A stretch of 62,706 bases of DNA, counting the filler, from Choristocarpus tenellus KU-1152 (Eukaryota; Protista; Phaeophyceae): the NCBI GenBank assembly GCA_964200185.2. It is 11 parts of 11 records of this genome, joined end to end, with 100 filler letters (N's around TTAATTAATTAA, not from the genome) between each part and the next. Parts side by side here need not be neighbours in the genome. Positions count along the whole stretch, not along the records: positions 10,836 to 26,019 come from CAXNAD020001038.1; positions 26,120 to 28,750 come from CAXNAD020026120.1; 9 more parts are not named here. One strand, 5' to 3'. The notes below the pieces were generated by a model. It had not been told where the DNA came from and did not search any database. It saw nothing but the letters and a program-made list of their open reading frames with translations. A program made the translations under genes and the position numbers. Below are positions 12,356-26,312 of this stretch, one piece after another; the first letter of the stretch is position 1; every line of letters starts with the position of its first letter.

Positions 12356-14240
12356 AATACAGTACGCATTTACATGATAGTTTCTTCTTAATTTTTTATT
12401 CTTATTGCAGTCAGTACATTAGTTCCAGGCACAGTTCCAGATCACATCCTCTTCTGGAGTTGATGCTTGTATTTAGTATCTTGCACAAACACGCGAATGG
12501 TTTGATCTCCTCAAACATGTGGTCAAAGGCGATGTAAGGCAGAGAAAAGCACTGATATTTGGAAGAAGTTATGTATATGTGTAGCAGAAAATGAAAATGC
12601 AAAAGGAAACAGGGGGGCCTGGACACAGCAAAGGAGGTTAAATCCGATTCCCAGGAAGGTACAAAACACACGCAAGGCCCAACCAATGGAGCCCCCACTA
12701 AATTAAAAACAAGTCAGGGGAGCACAACAACCGCACAGGGGAAAGCAAGAAAGTAGGAAAGAATCATTGACAGAGGAACGCCCCTATGCTGCAGCACACT
12801 GCAGCACAAATAGTAAGCCTGTGTGGCCGTGACAACTTTCATGGCATATTGAAATATCAATCTATGAAGTTCTTGGCTTCTACTGTCAGGCTTTCATCCA
12901 TGTGTTGTATCACTAATCAAATTCCTTTGCAGACCCCAGTACACTAGCGGTGAACTTGGATATCAAAAACAAATCTGAACAACAACAACAAAAGAAACAA
13001 GCCTTGAACAGGAACATTCCTACCCATAGCACACAACAGCGCCAACACCAAGGAGGTATGGCTGTAGCAAGGTTCTTTGTGTAACGCCAATTATCCTTCC
13101 ATAAAGTTCTTGATTCCGGCACTGCCACGTATGTGTTGCATCACGTACATGTGTTCCTCTGCAACTTCAGTGTAGACAAGTGCTAATGGTTAAGGCGAAT
13201 GCCATCTTGCTCGCAATAACCCTGTTCTCACTTGTCACTCCGCCCACCGAGAACTCATAGGCAGCCAAACTGTCGCCACTGATATTCATTAGTGAAGTCC
13301 TCTTTGGTTGCCTGAGCACCACCCTCTACCTAAGGAAATCAATACCTCCCTCCGTCCTCCTGACTAAATTGACGTGGTTGTGGGCAATTCAGTGAGAAGT
13401 TAATATAAGCCCGACATATTTTCCGGTTGACGTACGGTGGGTTATCATGTTGCAAACGAGCAAACAGTTTTATTAGAGACTTGATTGCTTGGAATATCCC
13501 TGTCATTGGCTGTCGTGGTTCCCCTTGACCACTGATCACTCCGTCCTGCAGCCTTTTGGGGAGGTGGGCCGTTAACTAATCCAGGAAATTCCCAATTTCT
13601 GCCAGCGAAGAAACCAAAATGCGTCACGGCAGTAAGGTAAGTACTGCTGAAAGTGTGCTTGAAACAATTATCTTAGTACCACATTCTGTCTACGACTTCT
13701 GGTGTTTTCGTGCATCACATCGTTATCATGGATACTGTCTTATTGTTATAAAATATTTTTGGTATTCAGTTTTGCTATTATTATTGTTTTAGGCACCACC
13801 AATTAGACCACAACAACCCTGTTTTTAAACAAATCCACCAGTGACAGATAGGGTCTTAATAGAGCTCTATAATGCACTTACTATATAGTAGTGGAGGCAA
13901 GCAAACACTGGCGCCATATCTCATCTATTCACCCCCTATCCCTCTCTGTTCATCGTCAGAGCGATACTCAGCATTATTAACGCAAGTGCTGATCGAATGA
14001 GGTTTGCTGTTATTGTATTGTTGCTCCGCAGCCCCAGGCTTTTCTGAATGACTGTCAGGCAACCAGCCACTGACGCCTGCTTTGCGTCATCCCTTGAGGG
14101 CACTTGTATTGTATTTCTTCATAGATGAAAACATATTTTCTGTGTGTGGTGAAATAGTATCTCCATGTTCCCAAGGCTTCATCAAACTTCTCTAGTGGGA
14201 GGTCATTTGGCCAGTCATCCAGAGCTCGCGCTTTAGCACA

Positions 14241-14285
14241 GCAGCAGCAGGAGCAGCAGCAGGAGCAGCAGCAGGAGCAGCAGCT
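14241..14285. repeat. (GCAGCAGCAGGA)n 12-bp/CAG-type repeat
   Basis: Direct reading; it explains the spurious poly-Cys ORF 14055-14348. Confidence 0.8.
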
Positions 14286-15476
14286 GATGAATGCAGAACA
14301 CCCTAGGATACACTCCACGATAGGTGCAAGCAGAGGGGATCTTTCCATCTAATTCACCCTATCACCAAAGTATCGATTATTTGATTTACCATATCAATTT
14401 ACATATCAATTTGGAACAGCTTGGCACCATGTAGAGCTGAAGGGCTTACAAACCTCGCTGAATAAAGACCTCCATCCAGTGATGGAATACCTCCGTGTCG
14501 GATGATTGGTTGTGAGGGAGGTAATTAGTAATTGGTTTCGTTCTCCTTCCAGGGTCTGTCCTGCATACACTGCTTGCCAAGTAGTAGGAAAAGTGCTATT
14601 AAAGAAATTGCTCCAACACATATTCAAGAGACCGATACACACGCCCTGTTGGTTGTAGATAGTAGACCGAATTGCATTCATTACGGACATCTTGGGCTTG
14701 GCTTTGGGCCTGGTCTTTACAGATACATCCTGGAAATGTGAACGAAGCAATCGCCCCCTTGAGGTCTCCAGGTGCAATCGACCTTCATAGCAATTTTACA
14801 TGAATGGGTGGTGCATTGGTGTGACGACCATTGTTCCAGACCTGCGAGCAGCAACTAGCATACACTCATATCCATGGTTCTCATGGGGACGACGACTGGT
14901 AGTGTGTCTTCAACTTCTACTGTGGCAAAGACACTGTCTGGTGTCCAAACATGCCATCCTCAGTGGTAACACAGAAACAAAATAGTACGCAGAGTTGACA
15001 GGTAAGGTTTCCTTCATTTGTCGTAGTGGTATGATGTGTGATAATGTTGTACGCCCTGAAGCTATTAGATCTCAGGTCTCCATGGTGTATATGTCATTAT
15101 TGGGTGTATGTTGCCTACCATTACATGATAACTCAACAATATACAGATGTTATGCAATTTTGCTGTAACATATAGAGTACATAATTCACAGTATATTATG
15201 TCCTGTACCATTCAGATTGATGACACATACGTACGTCCTAGTATGATATTTTGTACGGCAACACTCAAGACGAAAACATACCTGACATGTGCAAAGTCCA
15301 TAAATCATCAGTTGAAGGCACACATGATACATACTTCGAGCATCCATTAATATATCCCCGAACACACCAATCAAAACAAAGATGACCACTTGTTGTGTCA
15401 ATAATATTGACCAAGACGCTAGCACAAGGATACAAATGAAAACATTATGGAACAAAATAATATTGCTTTGTCCGAG

Positions 15477-15677
15477 GAGTGAAAGTATCTTAGAGGGTAC
15501 GAGTTTTGCCCTGTTTGTCCATTTGGGGCTTGGCATCCNNNNNNNNNGAGAAGGTGTGTCCGGAACAAGGATATTGACACTTCCTATAAAATAAGATAGA
15601 CAAAATTACATCAAATCGCAACATTGGATTTTGGTCCCCAAATGGACGCGGCCCTACCCTCTAAGATACTTTGGCTC
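15477..15677 (+). mobile_element. MITE family A copy A1 (internal N gap), 4-bp TSD CGAG
   Basis: Left TIR GAGTGAAAGTATCTTAGAGGGTA, right TACCCTCTAAGATACTTTGGCTC; cgag on both flanks. Confidence 0.88.
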
Positions 15678-17376
15678 CGAGATGTACAGCTTCATAGCTA
15701 GCTATCACAAGGTTGACTGGCTTGTCCTGTGGAATAACCATCCCACACACATACTTGTAGCATAACATGGTTTGATAGAGTTCCAGTAGATCCCTGGGGT
15801 GCAGTTGGCCGTATGTAGATTTTCCATATCGCAAAAATGGTACTCCAGTACTTCATAATAAGTACCCTACCACCGTTAACCTTTGATCATTCCTGACCCC
15901 TGTCATCCATTCAAAGGTTTCTTACTCGCTTTCTCACTATGTCCCTTGGATGCCAAAAATCACGCTTGCGGCAAGGTGGGGTGGATCCTGTATACAACAA
16001 ATTTTACAAAACACTCAAAATAAGGACATGATTTCCTCTCAAGTTTCTAGAGGCAGATTCTCGTTAGGACAGCAACTCTCAATTGTAAGCACCTGGTGAT
16101 TTTAAAGGAGACAAAATTCCCCAGCCAATCCATCTACTGCCCATGTGAGCTCTTATTGGAGTCAGCTGAGCATGTAATGCTACACCCGCACCTTGCTCTC
16201 TGAAGATCGGAGGGTGACTAGTCATCTATGAGGACTTAAATAACTTGAAATATAGGCATGGTAACCACTACCCTCTCCTCACAGGACCAGTAGGAGCAGT
16301 CAATGCAACACAGCATCTGACCCTCCTGTTCACCACAGACTATGACAACATGTCAGGGTCATTATGGAGAACTTGTACCAAATTTGTAGGTCTTGGGCGG
16401 GAAGCGATCTGTTGTTCAGTGCCTTGCCATGCAACATATGATAAATCAGCAGCACGGGTTTGTAGTTACGACACTAATGCACCTACTTTATTTTTCCTCT
16501 TGACAGTAGGAGAGATTTAATTTGCACTTTCAACACCTATCTCAACCTTATCCATCCTGTAGCAACACCCTTCTTTACCATGCTCAAGACTAGCTCGTTT
16601 TACTGGTGAAAGGAAAGGACTCCCAATAGTGGGACTTCCTTATACATCCTGCAGGGATGATGCCCTCACAAAATATATCTTGATAATTTTATCAAGCTAA
16701 GAAACCAATTCAACATCAGAGCAGTAGACACTTGAAGATATTCCAAACACCAAAAAGTACTCCAGAATCCTGTCGCACTCAAAAATGGGTCAACTGGACG
16801 GTCCTACTGGAAGAGGTCTCATATGTGATTGAGCTCACTGAGTTTGCGATCGACAAAGCAAGCATTTCCTGGCACAGGTAGATGCAGCACAGGTTCATCT
16901 CCTGAAGGTGAGCACCATAAGGTTTGTCCCTGACTTGGATGAACCAAGACCAAAGAGTAGGACATACTTTGAACAAAGCACCTAACTGCATTTGTATGCA
17001 TTTGTCACAGAGAACTAAAGGAAGGAACGTTGAAAGACAAGAGTGCATGAATGACTCTCAAGCAACAGCCAAGAAGCTTTGCAGAAACGATGTGGTTGTA
17101 GACCTTCGATTGTGGATTGATACAGTGTCAGGTATTATGGCGTGATGATATATTGTAAGGAGTGTTGATGCACTAAACGTGCCTCTGTTTCTAAACACAT
17201 GCGTGCTGGATAATCACACACACACACACACACACACGTGAGACATCATGTAAGTAACGGAAAAGCGTAAGTAGTCTACAAGTATATACATCATCCAATA
17301 TTATCAAGCAAAAAATCACACACACAAACACACACACACACATACACACACAAAGGCCCTCTCCTCTGGTTATCAC

Positions 17377-20311
17377 TCATGTAGCACAAGAGCTGTTAAC
17401 TCCCACGCCCACAGCTGATCCCTGCCTTGTAGATTCCTCGTTCCGCTTGTCCCAAATGTCAATCTTAGGCCAAGTGTTTCGCAAAAATACAAGAAGATCA
17501 ATGTTGGGTAAGTTACTCAAATGGAGCTCCTCAGGGCCTCTAGGAATTGCCCTGGGGCAGCCCCCGTTGCTAAGAAACATGCGCTCCGAGTGTACCTGGG
17601 TTGCCGGAGTGGCCAAGACACGGCGTGCTACCATAGCTAGAAGGGGAAAGTGACTGGCCCTGTGCTGCCACCACTTGAGCGGGTCAAGCATCACCCTAAC
17701 CCCGCTGCCAACTGTCTCATCGTACATAGAAATACCCATGGCTTCCTTAAAAGACGCCACTTCCAGATGCGCAGCTTGTCGAAAGCGCTGCTTGGCCATG
17801 GCACCATCGGTACCACCCACTGTGACCCTGCTTGGTTGAGGGCTGGCAATTATCCCCTGACTGAACGCCAAGAAGCCACGCAGCCTCTTTGGATTTCGCT
17901 CGACACACCCCTCCTCGTCCGCACCCATAGCCCCCACCTTTGCTTCTGCACTGCCCCCCCCCACCAAGGCAACAGCACCAGCACCCGAAGAAATTGTCCC
18001 CATACTATTTGGTGAGGCAGCTACGAAGGTAGGGCCCCCCAACGCCGATGGCAGGACTGGATCATTTAGAGCAAGCTCTGATGATGCAGCCAACAAGGTT
18101 GAAGAAAGGTTTGTTGCTGGAGTCACTGCGTCAGTTGTTGCCACTGGGGGCACTGTTAAGATCTCCTTGTTGCGCTCCGCTTCCATGACATCAGCAGCCT
18201 CCATTACCACAAGCTCCCAGATACCCATGTGCTCGCTTTCCGGCACACCATACAGAATCTTGGTCCTGGGATCCAAGGCCGTTGCAAGAAGTTGTCTCCT
18301 CCTGAATCCCCCCAGCTGTCCCTCAGGACCATCGCTCAAACTTGTAGCGACACCCGTCCCATCCCCCCACCAGCACTGGAAGTCTCTCAGCATCAGTGCA
18401 ACACTGTGATCAACTGCATTCCTAGCTCCTATCTCTTCTGTAGTAGCGGCAGCAGTAGCACCAGCAGCAGTTCCAGGGGTAGCATTTACGGAACTTGTGG
18501 CAGGGTCAGAAATGCTACTGTTGGTACCAGAGGGTAGTGAAGAGGCCATGGTGGTGGTAACAGTTGTGCTGTCACTGCTGGGGCTTGTGCTGCTCTCATA
18601 CTCCTTGGCCGCATTCCTCAGGTCAACAAGGAGGTCGTGCACAAGGGGAAGAACAAGGCTGCTGGTCACAGTGGTACTGTCCTCCAAAACGCCTTTAGTC
18701 TCTACAAATGGCTCAAGTATAACTACAATCTTGGATAGGATGAGCCAATCTTCTTCGGTTAGCATGGGTGAGAGGCCATCCACATGTTCATGCAAGCGAA
18801 TAGCATCCTTTAGGCGCACAAGATTATTCACCATTGCAAGCACAGACCACCAACACCACCTCTTCTCGCCTTCTTCGTTGCAAATCAATCCCCAGATGTC
18901 GCTACTAACTGGTTCCCCCCTGAAATTCTCAACCCCCGGCCACCTCAGAACCTTGGGCGAGCCAATGCCTTTCAGGGCGCAGCATTCCTCGAGGCGCTTC
19001 AGGGCTTGACTAAACGGCATGTAGCGTTCGGTGAGTTTCCGTGCCGATGCCACAGCCTCTCTTGTCCTCCCGCCATTGGTCCTTCCCTGTAGCCCAATAG
19101 ATCCACCAAGGGCCACCGCTACGGTGTGCTCTAGCCGGCGGCTGGCACAGGTGACATGTTCCCCAACCACACCCCTTTCCATCAGGACGCGACCAGCCTT
19201 GGTGATCGCCTGCTCACCAGAGCCCGTCCCAAAGGCCTGTACACGATCTATCAGAGAGCGCCCCCTGATCTTCTCCTCGACAACGTCAAAAAACTCTCTG
19301 CTTCCCGAGTTCACCTTTACACAATCCAGCCCAAGCTCCACCAGGTTCCAGGCCTCGTCGATCCAGCTTAGATTGAGGAATGCGTGAGTTGTAGAGAGGC
19401 CAGTGTTTTCTCTCCATGCCCCCACGGAGATGCTGACGTGCTGGTCTTTGACCGCAAGCGCCACCTTTTCCAGAAGCTCCTGTTTGTATCCTTCTAGAAG
19501 AGCGACGAGGCCCTCGCGGTCAGGGAGGGATACATTTTCGTTGAGACACTTCACCATGCTTCGGAAATGTTCGCATTCAACAGTCTGTCGATAGACCAGG
19601 CCAAGGAAGAAGAGGGGAGGAAGCACGAAGGGGCTTGAATAGGCGTGTGGGAGAGTACCACACAAGGCCGGCATTGAAATTGGTCCATGTTCGAATGTTG
19701 GAGGGTTCCCGTCGACCGGAAACTATACGGGCAAGAGGGTGAATGAAGGTAAATTAAGGTAAGGTTTGGGAAAGGGATGGCATTGAGAGTTTCCTCACCG
19801 AGAGTTCTTGTTGCACCAAGAAGCGGCAAAGTGGGCGATGCCAGCAAGGAACCCCTGGCTCGTAGAAGTGTGACATCGACGTTTGAGAACCTTTTAAATC
19901 CAGGCACTCTTGATAAGCAGCCTTGTGACCCGGTCTCCTTGCGCAGTTGAGGTGGCTGAGGAGGTTTGAGGACGACCTGGACTTACCATAACTTATCTCA
20001 GCATGACTCAAATCTCCACTCTCGACACACAGGTTACATATTGCTTTGTGAGGCTCCCTTCCACCGGCATATATCTTGAAATACTTCCATACATGAGCCC
20101 TCGCCCCATTAGGTCTCATCTTAGGCCAATCCCTGGCTCGCCGCTCCTTCTCCTCCCTAAGCTCCTCTTTGGAGTCGAACACATCTCCACCTGGAGCTCC
20201 TCCCGCAACATCCTTTCCCTTACCAGATGACCTCTTGCTGGAGGAACCAGGGGCAGCTATAGTCGGAAGTACACTAGACGATGTACTTAACGAATCTCCG
20301 TGCAAACCCAT
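17377..20311 (-). CDS. BED zinc finger + hAT transposase-derived protein (~906 aa), predicted catalytically inactive, candidate domesticated gene; exons 20311-19799 and 19584-17377
   Basis: zf-BED (AHVWKYF...AICNLC...SSSNLLSHL...H). A 214-bp GT-AG intron joins QQELS/TVECEHFRSM...LPDR, restoring the hAT 'xVExxxFRxM...LPxR' segment. W-WW motif (RWCWWSVLAMVNNLVRL), ATALDPR and the hATC dimerisation motif DPLKWWQHRASHFPLLAMVARRVLATPATQVHSERMF are present. No stops or frameshifts. Confidence 0.9.
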
Positions 20312-20536
20312 ACCACACACCCCTTCTACTGATGGTGTTCTCAGTTATCGAAAGAGGTGAACCGCTGAACCGATTGCCTTATATTGTTATACCATACAAA
20401 GTCACTCGAATCGAAGTGAATTTTATCGAAGCCTGTAATAGAACAGCAAGTATTATTTTTCTATGTCATATACGATAATTGTTGTCAAAAACAGGTCTCA
20501 TTTTGGGATCTCCAACGGATATATTGATATGAGAGA

Positions 20537-20566
20537 TCGCGCGCGGAGAAAATATATTTCGCGCGC
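20537..20566. promoter_or_regulatory. CpG-rich inverted element with an E2F-like site (TTTCGCGC at 20557-20564) upstream of the hAT-derived gene
   Basis: GCGCGCGGAGAAAATATATTTCGCGCGC, about 230 bp 5' of the ATG; matches TTTSSCGC. Function inferred only. Confidence 0.3.
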
Positions 20567-20685
20567 TACTTTTTACTGTTGAAGTCAAACAACTTGCGTT
20601 TATTTTCCTCACGAATTCTGGACTATTTTTTTTATTCTCTCTTTACAATCCACCCATCCCTCTTCCCTCCCCATTGTACCCACTT

Positions 20686-21060
20686 CTGACCACCCAGTGC
20701 GACCTCTTCGCCACTGATTTCCCGTCCTCCCCCCCCTTTGTGGTGGCCAACCAATGTGAACCCCTTTCACCACTGTTTTCCAGCCACCGCCCACCTCTGA
20801 TGACCAACCAGTGCAAACCCCCTTCGTCACTGATTTTCCGGTCACCCCTCACATCTATCTGATGACCAACCATGGCGAACCTCCTTTGCCACTGATTTCC
20901 AGTCACCCTCTCCACCCTTCAACCCCACTCAACCCCACACAAGTTACCACTCCACTCAACCCCACACCAGCTACCACTCCACTCAACCCCCCCACCAGTT
21001 ATCACTCCACTCAACCCCACCTCATTTACCACTCAACCCCATACCACTCAACACCACTCC
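20686..21060. repeat. Compound minisatellite: ~60-bp unit x4, then a ~30-bp CCACTCAACCCC-containing unit x~5
   Basis: Recurring TGACCAACCA..G.(G/A)AACCCC.TT..CCACTGATTT.C units, followed by repeated ACCACTCCACTCAACCCC. Confidence 0.8.
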
Positions 21061-22771
21061 ACACTCATCCAAGAACACCCCTTCATCATCCACTTCATAC
21101 TGTGCCTTTGAGCTAGAAGACATCTACCCCGCCCGAACTTGACCTCCCCTCCCTCTCCCCCACACCCCAATCAGTTGTGAGCAAGTGACAGGGTGGATGG
21201 GCAGGAAAGCTTGCTCGGAGGTTGTCTTCCTCTAGCCCTCCTCGTCCTGTACCCCCAGCCCTAGGTGCTCTTCTCAATATTGGCCATTCCTTCTTCCCCT
21301 GTGCCTCCGTCTACCACGCATTTCTTTAACTTCTCTTCTCTCTCTGCTAGTCACTCAGTCCTTAACTCTTTGTTCCCCTTTTGCTAATTCTTATTTTTCT
21401 CCCAGTCCTCTCCCCTCCCCTGTACCTACCTCCAACCAGAATTCTTCCGCCCACAAAACTCTGGTTAATTTGTAAACTTTCCCTTGTGGGTCACACACAC
21501 AATTGGGTCGTGTGAAACCCGACATAATAAACCAAAGTCAAGTAATCGACTGTGTTTTCTGTTCTAACTGGTTGCAGCCAATCATATTGGGGATTGATCA
21601 AGATCCTACTCTATGCCTCTTAAAATCCCCCCATCTCAACCCCACCTCTCACTCTTTTGGGGGTGGTTCTCATCACCCCTCATCACACACAACTTGACCA
21701 CATGACAATATATAGATTCTGTATAATAGTATATGTTGTATATGTATTCAACATATCCCCGTTATATATTCTATATATACATACAGAGATTTGTATACCA
21801 ACCGTTTATGAGCTGCTTGGTTCCATCAATCACAAGTAAATGTGTATTATCTCTGTCCATTTTCTCACCTTGTGCGTCAATCCACAATCAACCGTGATTC
21901 CTCTAGGACCAATGGATATTTCAGAGGACTAAAGTAACGATCGTTCCACGTGTCCTTGGAGTTGAGGAGGATGAGGTCTCTTCATGCCTCTTAGATGACT
22001 ACACACATCTTTGTGTGGGAGGTTCCTGCTTCTTTGTGGATTAATTGAGTGTCATTATTTCGAAGGGGCATTGATATGTGTCCTACACTAATCAGAAGCA
22101 GATCAAGAGCTCCGATAGTAGGAAGAATTCAACAACAAAAAATAGTCTGGAAGTAAGTTGGTGTAAGGATAATGGTTCGGAGAAGATTCACACTACGACA
22201 GTGTCCATGCGATTGTAGCTATAGAGCTATAGTAGTAGCAGTTGGGCGTAAGCCTAGATGAGTCGAACAAGTTGAGAGGTAGGCAAGGTTGCATTTTAAG
22301 GATCCCAAGAAGGATAAAAATATGCCATTTTGTATCATTGCGGAGAGAACCTTTGCTTAGTTGCGGTGTCACTTCTGTGTGGAGAGGGAGGATGTGAATT
22401 TTGCGTCCACTATTGTGTCACTATACATAAACCGATAAAATATAGTAGCTATTGCACAGAGTAAGAGAAACGGCTTAGAATGCAACACGGACCAAACCTG
22501 CCTACCTGTCAGTTGGTTTAACTCAGATGCAGAATCGTTTACAAGAATGGAGTTTTTACATGCTCTACTGAGTGAATATACCGGAGTATTTGTATTTGAT
22601 GGTTGGTGCTGGTACCTCTTTTCTTCCATTTCCCCCTTATGCGGGGAAATCTCTTCAATGATAATCCCTTCAACCCTCGAGCTTCCTCAGTCGTGGCAAC
22701 GGAAGAACATCTGAGTAGGAATGTCGGGCAGTCAAAGTCTTACAAATAAGGTTAAGTCTATATCATAGATT

Positions 22772-23012
22772 GACCCAAAGTATCTGGAGGGGGGGGGGGG
22801 GGCCCGCCCGAGCGTTACTATTTGAGGAAAAACGANNNNNNNNNNGGGGGGGGGGGGGGGGGTCTACACCAGGGTATCCATTTGGATCATAACCACGAAA
22901 AGTTTGCTTGCATCGACCATCCGACGTATGCAACCAAATAATAAAAAAATCGCGACATGAACAAATTGGTGCGAAATGGACAACCGCCACCTCCCCCCAG
23001 ATACTTTGAGCC
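22772..23012 (+). mobile_element. MITE family B copy B1 (contains N gap)
   Basis: GACCCAAAGTATCTGG ... CCCCCCAGATACTTTGAGCC; flanks att/agt (one mismatch). Confidence 0.8.
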
Positions 23013-25998
23013 AGTAATGCTGCTGTCTCAAGGGTGGTGTTGAGGGTGCAACCATTCCTAACTCAAGAAATGCGAAGCAGGGTCTCAGGTTGTTGGAAAT
23101 ATGAGGGAAAATTGGTTATATGGTCAACCTGGCATTCTTCCAGTCAACTCAAAGACTGTTAGTGTGGTCCATGTGATGTGAAGCGCTGAAAATGTCTAAC
23201 CAGATGCATGTCAGAGGTCAAATTTGGCTGATCACACATCCACTTATTACAGTATGCACAGAATCTTCCCATCCTCATCAAAGCACTCGAAGTACTTAAA
23301 CACATTCCCTGACCTAGTCCCTGTCTCCAATCGCATGCAACCTTCCTGTTGATCCTTTACACCATGTAGGGCTTGATCAGTCCCCAGGTACTCCCTTTGT
23401 GAGTTAAGTCTATACAATGTTGTAGAAGAGTTCAGGAAGTCCCTTCATCTCTTTTGCATTTCTTCTACCTCTGTAACACGCCTTCTTGGGTTATATTTAG
23501 CAATATTTTAGCATATATGTTATTGTATACTCACAAGATTATTTTGTGGACCAAAAGGCCTAAAACCGACGGTTGGCAAAATAGAACATAATTCAAGCCC
23601 CTATACGCCAATTCTGTTCTACCTTACATTTATCCATCCCACCTCTTCTGTACACCAGCCCAATTCTTCCTCAAATAAATAATTAAATTATTGAGTTCCA
23701 GGGATCTGTATTTCATATGTTGACTACGCCCAAAGCACACTCCAGCTCATACAAGGCCACAATTGAAATATATTTCTGTCGCGCTGTTGTCCTAATATCT
23801 TGGATGGTACGACCAATTGCGACCTGAGTCTTGCTGATGAAAACACTACTACTGTGTGCTATGCAGAGGGTGCTTCTACCACCACCCCTCTTCTGAGAAG
23901 TACGTGTACGCCAACTCTCCCTCTGAAAGCCGCAGTTCCCTTTTCTTGTAGTAGTGACTGTGTAGGGGGTAGAAATAGGGATGCCATGCTGCAGTGGGAT
24001 ATAGTTGGTGGCGTTTACCTGTTCCTTGACATTTTTGTTCACCAGCGGCACCAAGAACCTTCTGGGGTACAGCATATTCTTGTTATGATCCCTGCAATAA
24101 AACAACTTGGTTTGCTCCTTTTTGGCTGCATGTATGTATAGAAGTGTAAGTCCTTAGCCTTTGTATGTTCATTTTGTTTGTCCAGGAGTAGAAAATACAG
24201 ACCCGAATACCTCTGTCTGTGGGATCATCCAGGTATGTAAGCCTTCCTTCATATTCTTGACTTTCTGTTGGAGATGAACAGTAGACAAAGTGGTTTGACG
24301 TTCTGGTACCCAACCCGAGTCTTTGTTACCAACTCTCAAAAGGTCTTAAAATGAGAAAGGGAGGCGTGAATAGATTGCCAAGTAGTATACATATTGTGCG
24401 TAGGTCTGATCTGTCGCCTGCCTTGTCCCTTGCTTCTACATATCAGGTATATTCAAGCTTCCACATACATATGAAGGCCTTCCTGGTAGACAAGTCCGAC
24501 CGAAATATCCTTGCGTTCGTGTCAAGTCGACATCTAGCATTTTTGTAGTATACGACAGTATATATCTGTCTTGATACCATCATGGAAAAATATTAGACAA
24601 AATCTAAGATGGTCTTATTTTATATGTAACAGTTTATCTCCAAAATATTTCATCTGGAGAAAAAAAAAGTTTGTTGCAAACAAAAGGTCCATGTCCCTCC
24701 AAGGCAAACTGTGGTTCTGTTCGAATAGACTCCTTCAAGTGTAAGGGTCAAAATACAGGATTTATTTGTTGGTTAACCCATATTTGTTCTTGTGTGCGAA
24801 CAGATAGATAGGAATTGATTCCATTAAGGATGGTGTATTGAGGTTGTATGGTTGGCCCCTATGCTTGGGAATAATCTTTTTACAACATTTGGTGATATTC
24901 CTATATTTATCTCTTCTGTTCATACATTAGGTGGGGGATACTTTAACAGGTTCTAGACCTTGCGACATGGGATCTGTGCCATCCTTTACTATCCAATCAG
25001 TACATGGAAAGAAGTATGGTTCATGCATCACAGTATTCTCAATGAAACCTTAACCACATACTATGCTGATGGTATTTTATTTATAATAGGTACTTCTAAG
25101 CATTATATATATAATATTATGCCTGCTGATATATTTTGCAGTTGATCAAAATATCGTTGAAAGGGTTTTCGGAAATTCCCACGCTCCACATGGTGTCATT
25201 TCAGATATTTTTATTGTCTTCAGACGAGGATACGTAACAGGGAATTTGCATAAGTATCTCTACCTGTCCTTTAATGGACGCGAGCAACAAGTATGCACAC
25301 TGACAGCCGAAATTGGGAAGGTTCAAAGTCGTCTAGTGATTTAGGGAAAAAAATATTATCTAACTTTGTATATTGGAGTATTCAGTTTGCACGTATGACG
25401 GAACATAATCAAACGTGCGTGATATATTAGACTCATGACAACTGGAAAACGTTTCAGGAACAGCACGCCTCCCTTGGGTGTTTCTCGAGACAATCAAACA
25501 CCAAGCTTGAAACAACTCTTACCTTCATCATAATAACATCTTGATAAGATATTTTTTCGATGGTTATCAGGGTATCGGCATATCGCAGGCGGCTTCTTCG
25601 AGTCTCATCATCAACCTACCGCTTTGTGGGTTGGAGGTACACATTTCATCAGGGTAAGGTGGTGGGATTGTTAGCAACAGACAACGATTGCTCGAACTTT
25701 CACTTTTTCTCAAAATCAATTTTTTAAGATTGCCTTGGAATCCACTAATTGAAGTCATAGACAGGGTCCTTCTTTCATCTCCCAGTTCAGGATTCTTCAT
25801 TGCGTACTTGCCCCTGCACAGATATGGTGAGAATGGTCCAGTATGAGAGATATTTCAAATGTATGTATCACATTAGTCTGGCTAGCCTGACAAGAGGTCA
25901 AAGGTACAAGCCCTAACAAAGCTATGATGGTTCGTGCTACCTCCATGTGTTAATTTGCAAATGTCAGCTTCAATAATTCAATAATGTGACATTAGGCA

Positions 25999-26019
25999 GG
26001 GTCAAAGTATCTGGGGGGG
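25999..26019 (+). mobile_element. MITE family B terminal fragment at contig end (similar degenerate fragment at 36487-36517)
   Basis: GGGTCAAAGTATCTGGGGGGG running into the linker. Confidence 0.65.
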
Positions 26020-26312
26020 NNNNNNNNNNNNNNNNNNNNNNNNNNNNNNNNNNNNNNNNNNNNTTAATTAATTAANNNNNNNNNNNNNNNNNNNNNNNNN
26101 NNNNNNNNNNNNNNNNNNNATTGCTACATCGTCTGCTTTGCTCGTGTCCCCCCCCCCTGTAGAAGCTAAAAAACCCACTATGAAACCACCAACCAATAGA
26201 TTCTACCAACACCGTAGGCTGTGATTTCTGCTCTCTGGTTGAAATCCTTATTGTACATTGCACTGTAGTAGAATCGGAAATTTCTCATTGATCCAGAGAA
26301 CGGCACATGAAC

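Noticed and set aside
14055-14348. Cys-rich metallothionein-like ORF
   Set aside because: Antisense reading of a CAG-type 12-bp repeat; no gene structure.
17447-19594. Several plus-strand ORFs opposite the hAT-derived gene (likewise 1765-2752 opposite the WW gene)
   Set aside because: Antisense shadows of GC-rich coding sequence with no recognisable motifs.
20686-20915. CRISPR-like repeat-spacer array
   Set aside because: Whole units are homologous with no unique spacers; eukaryotic context, no cas genes.
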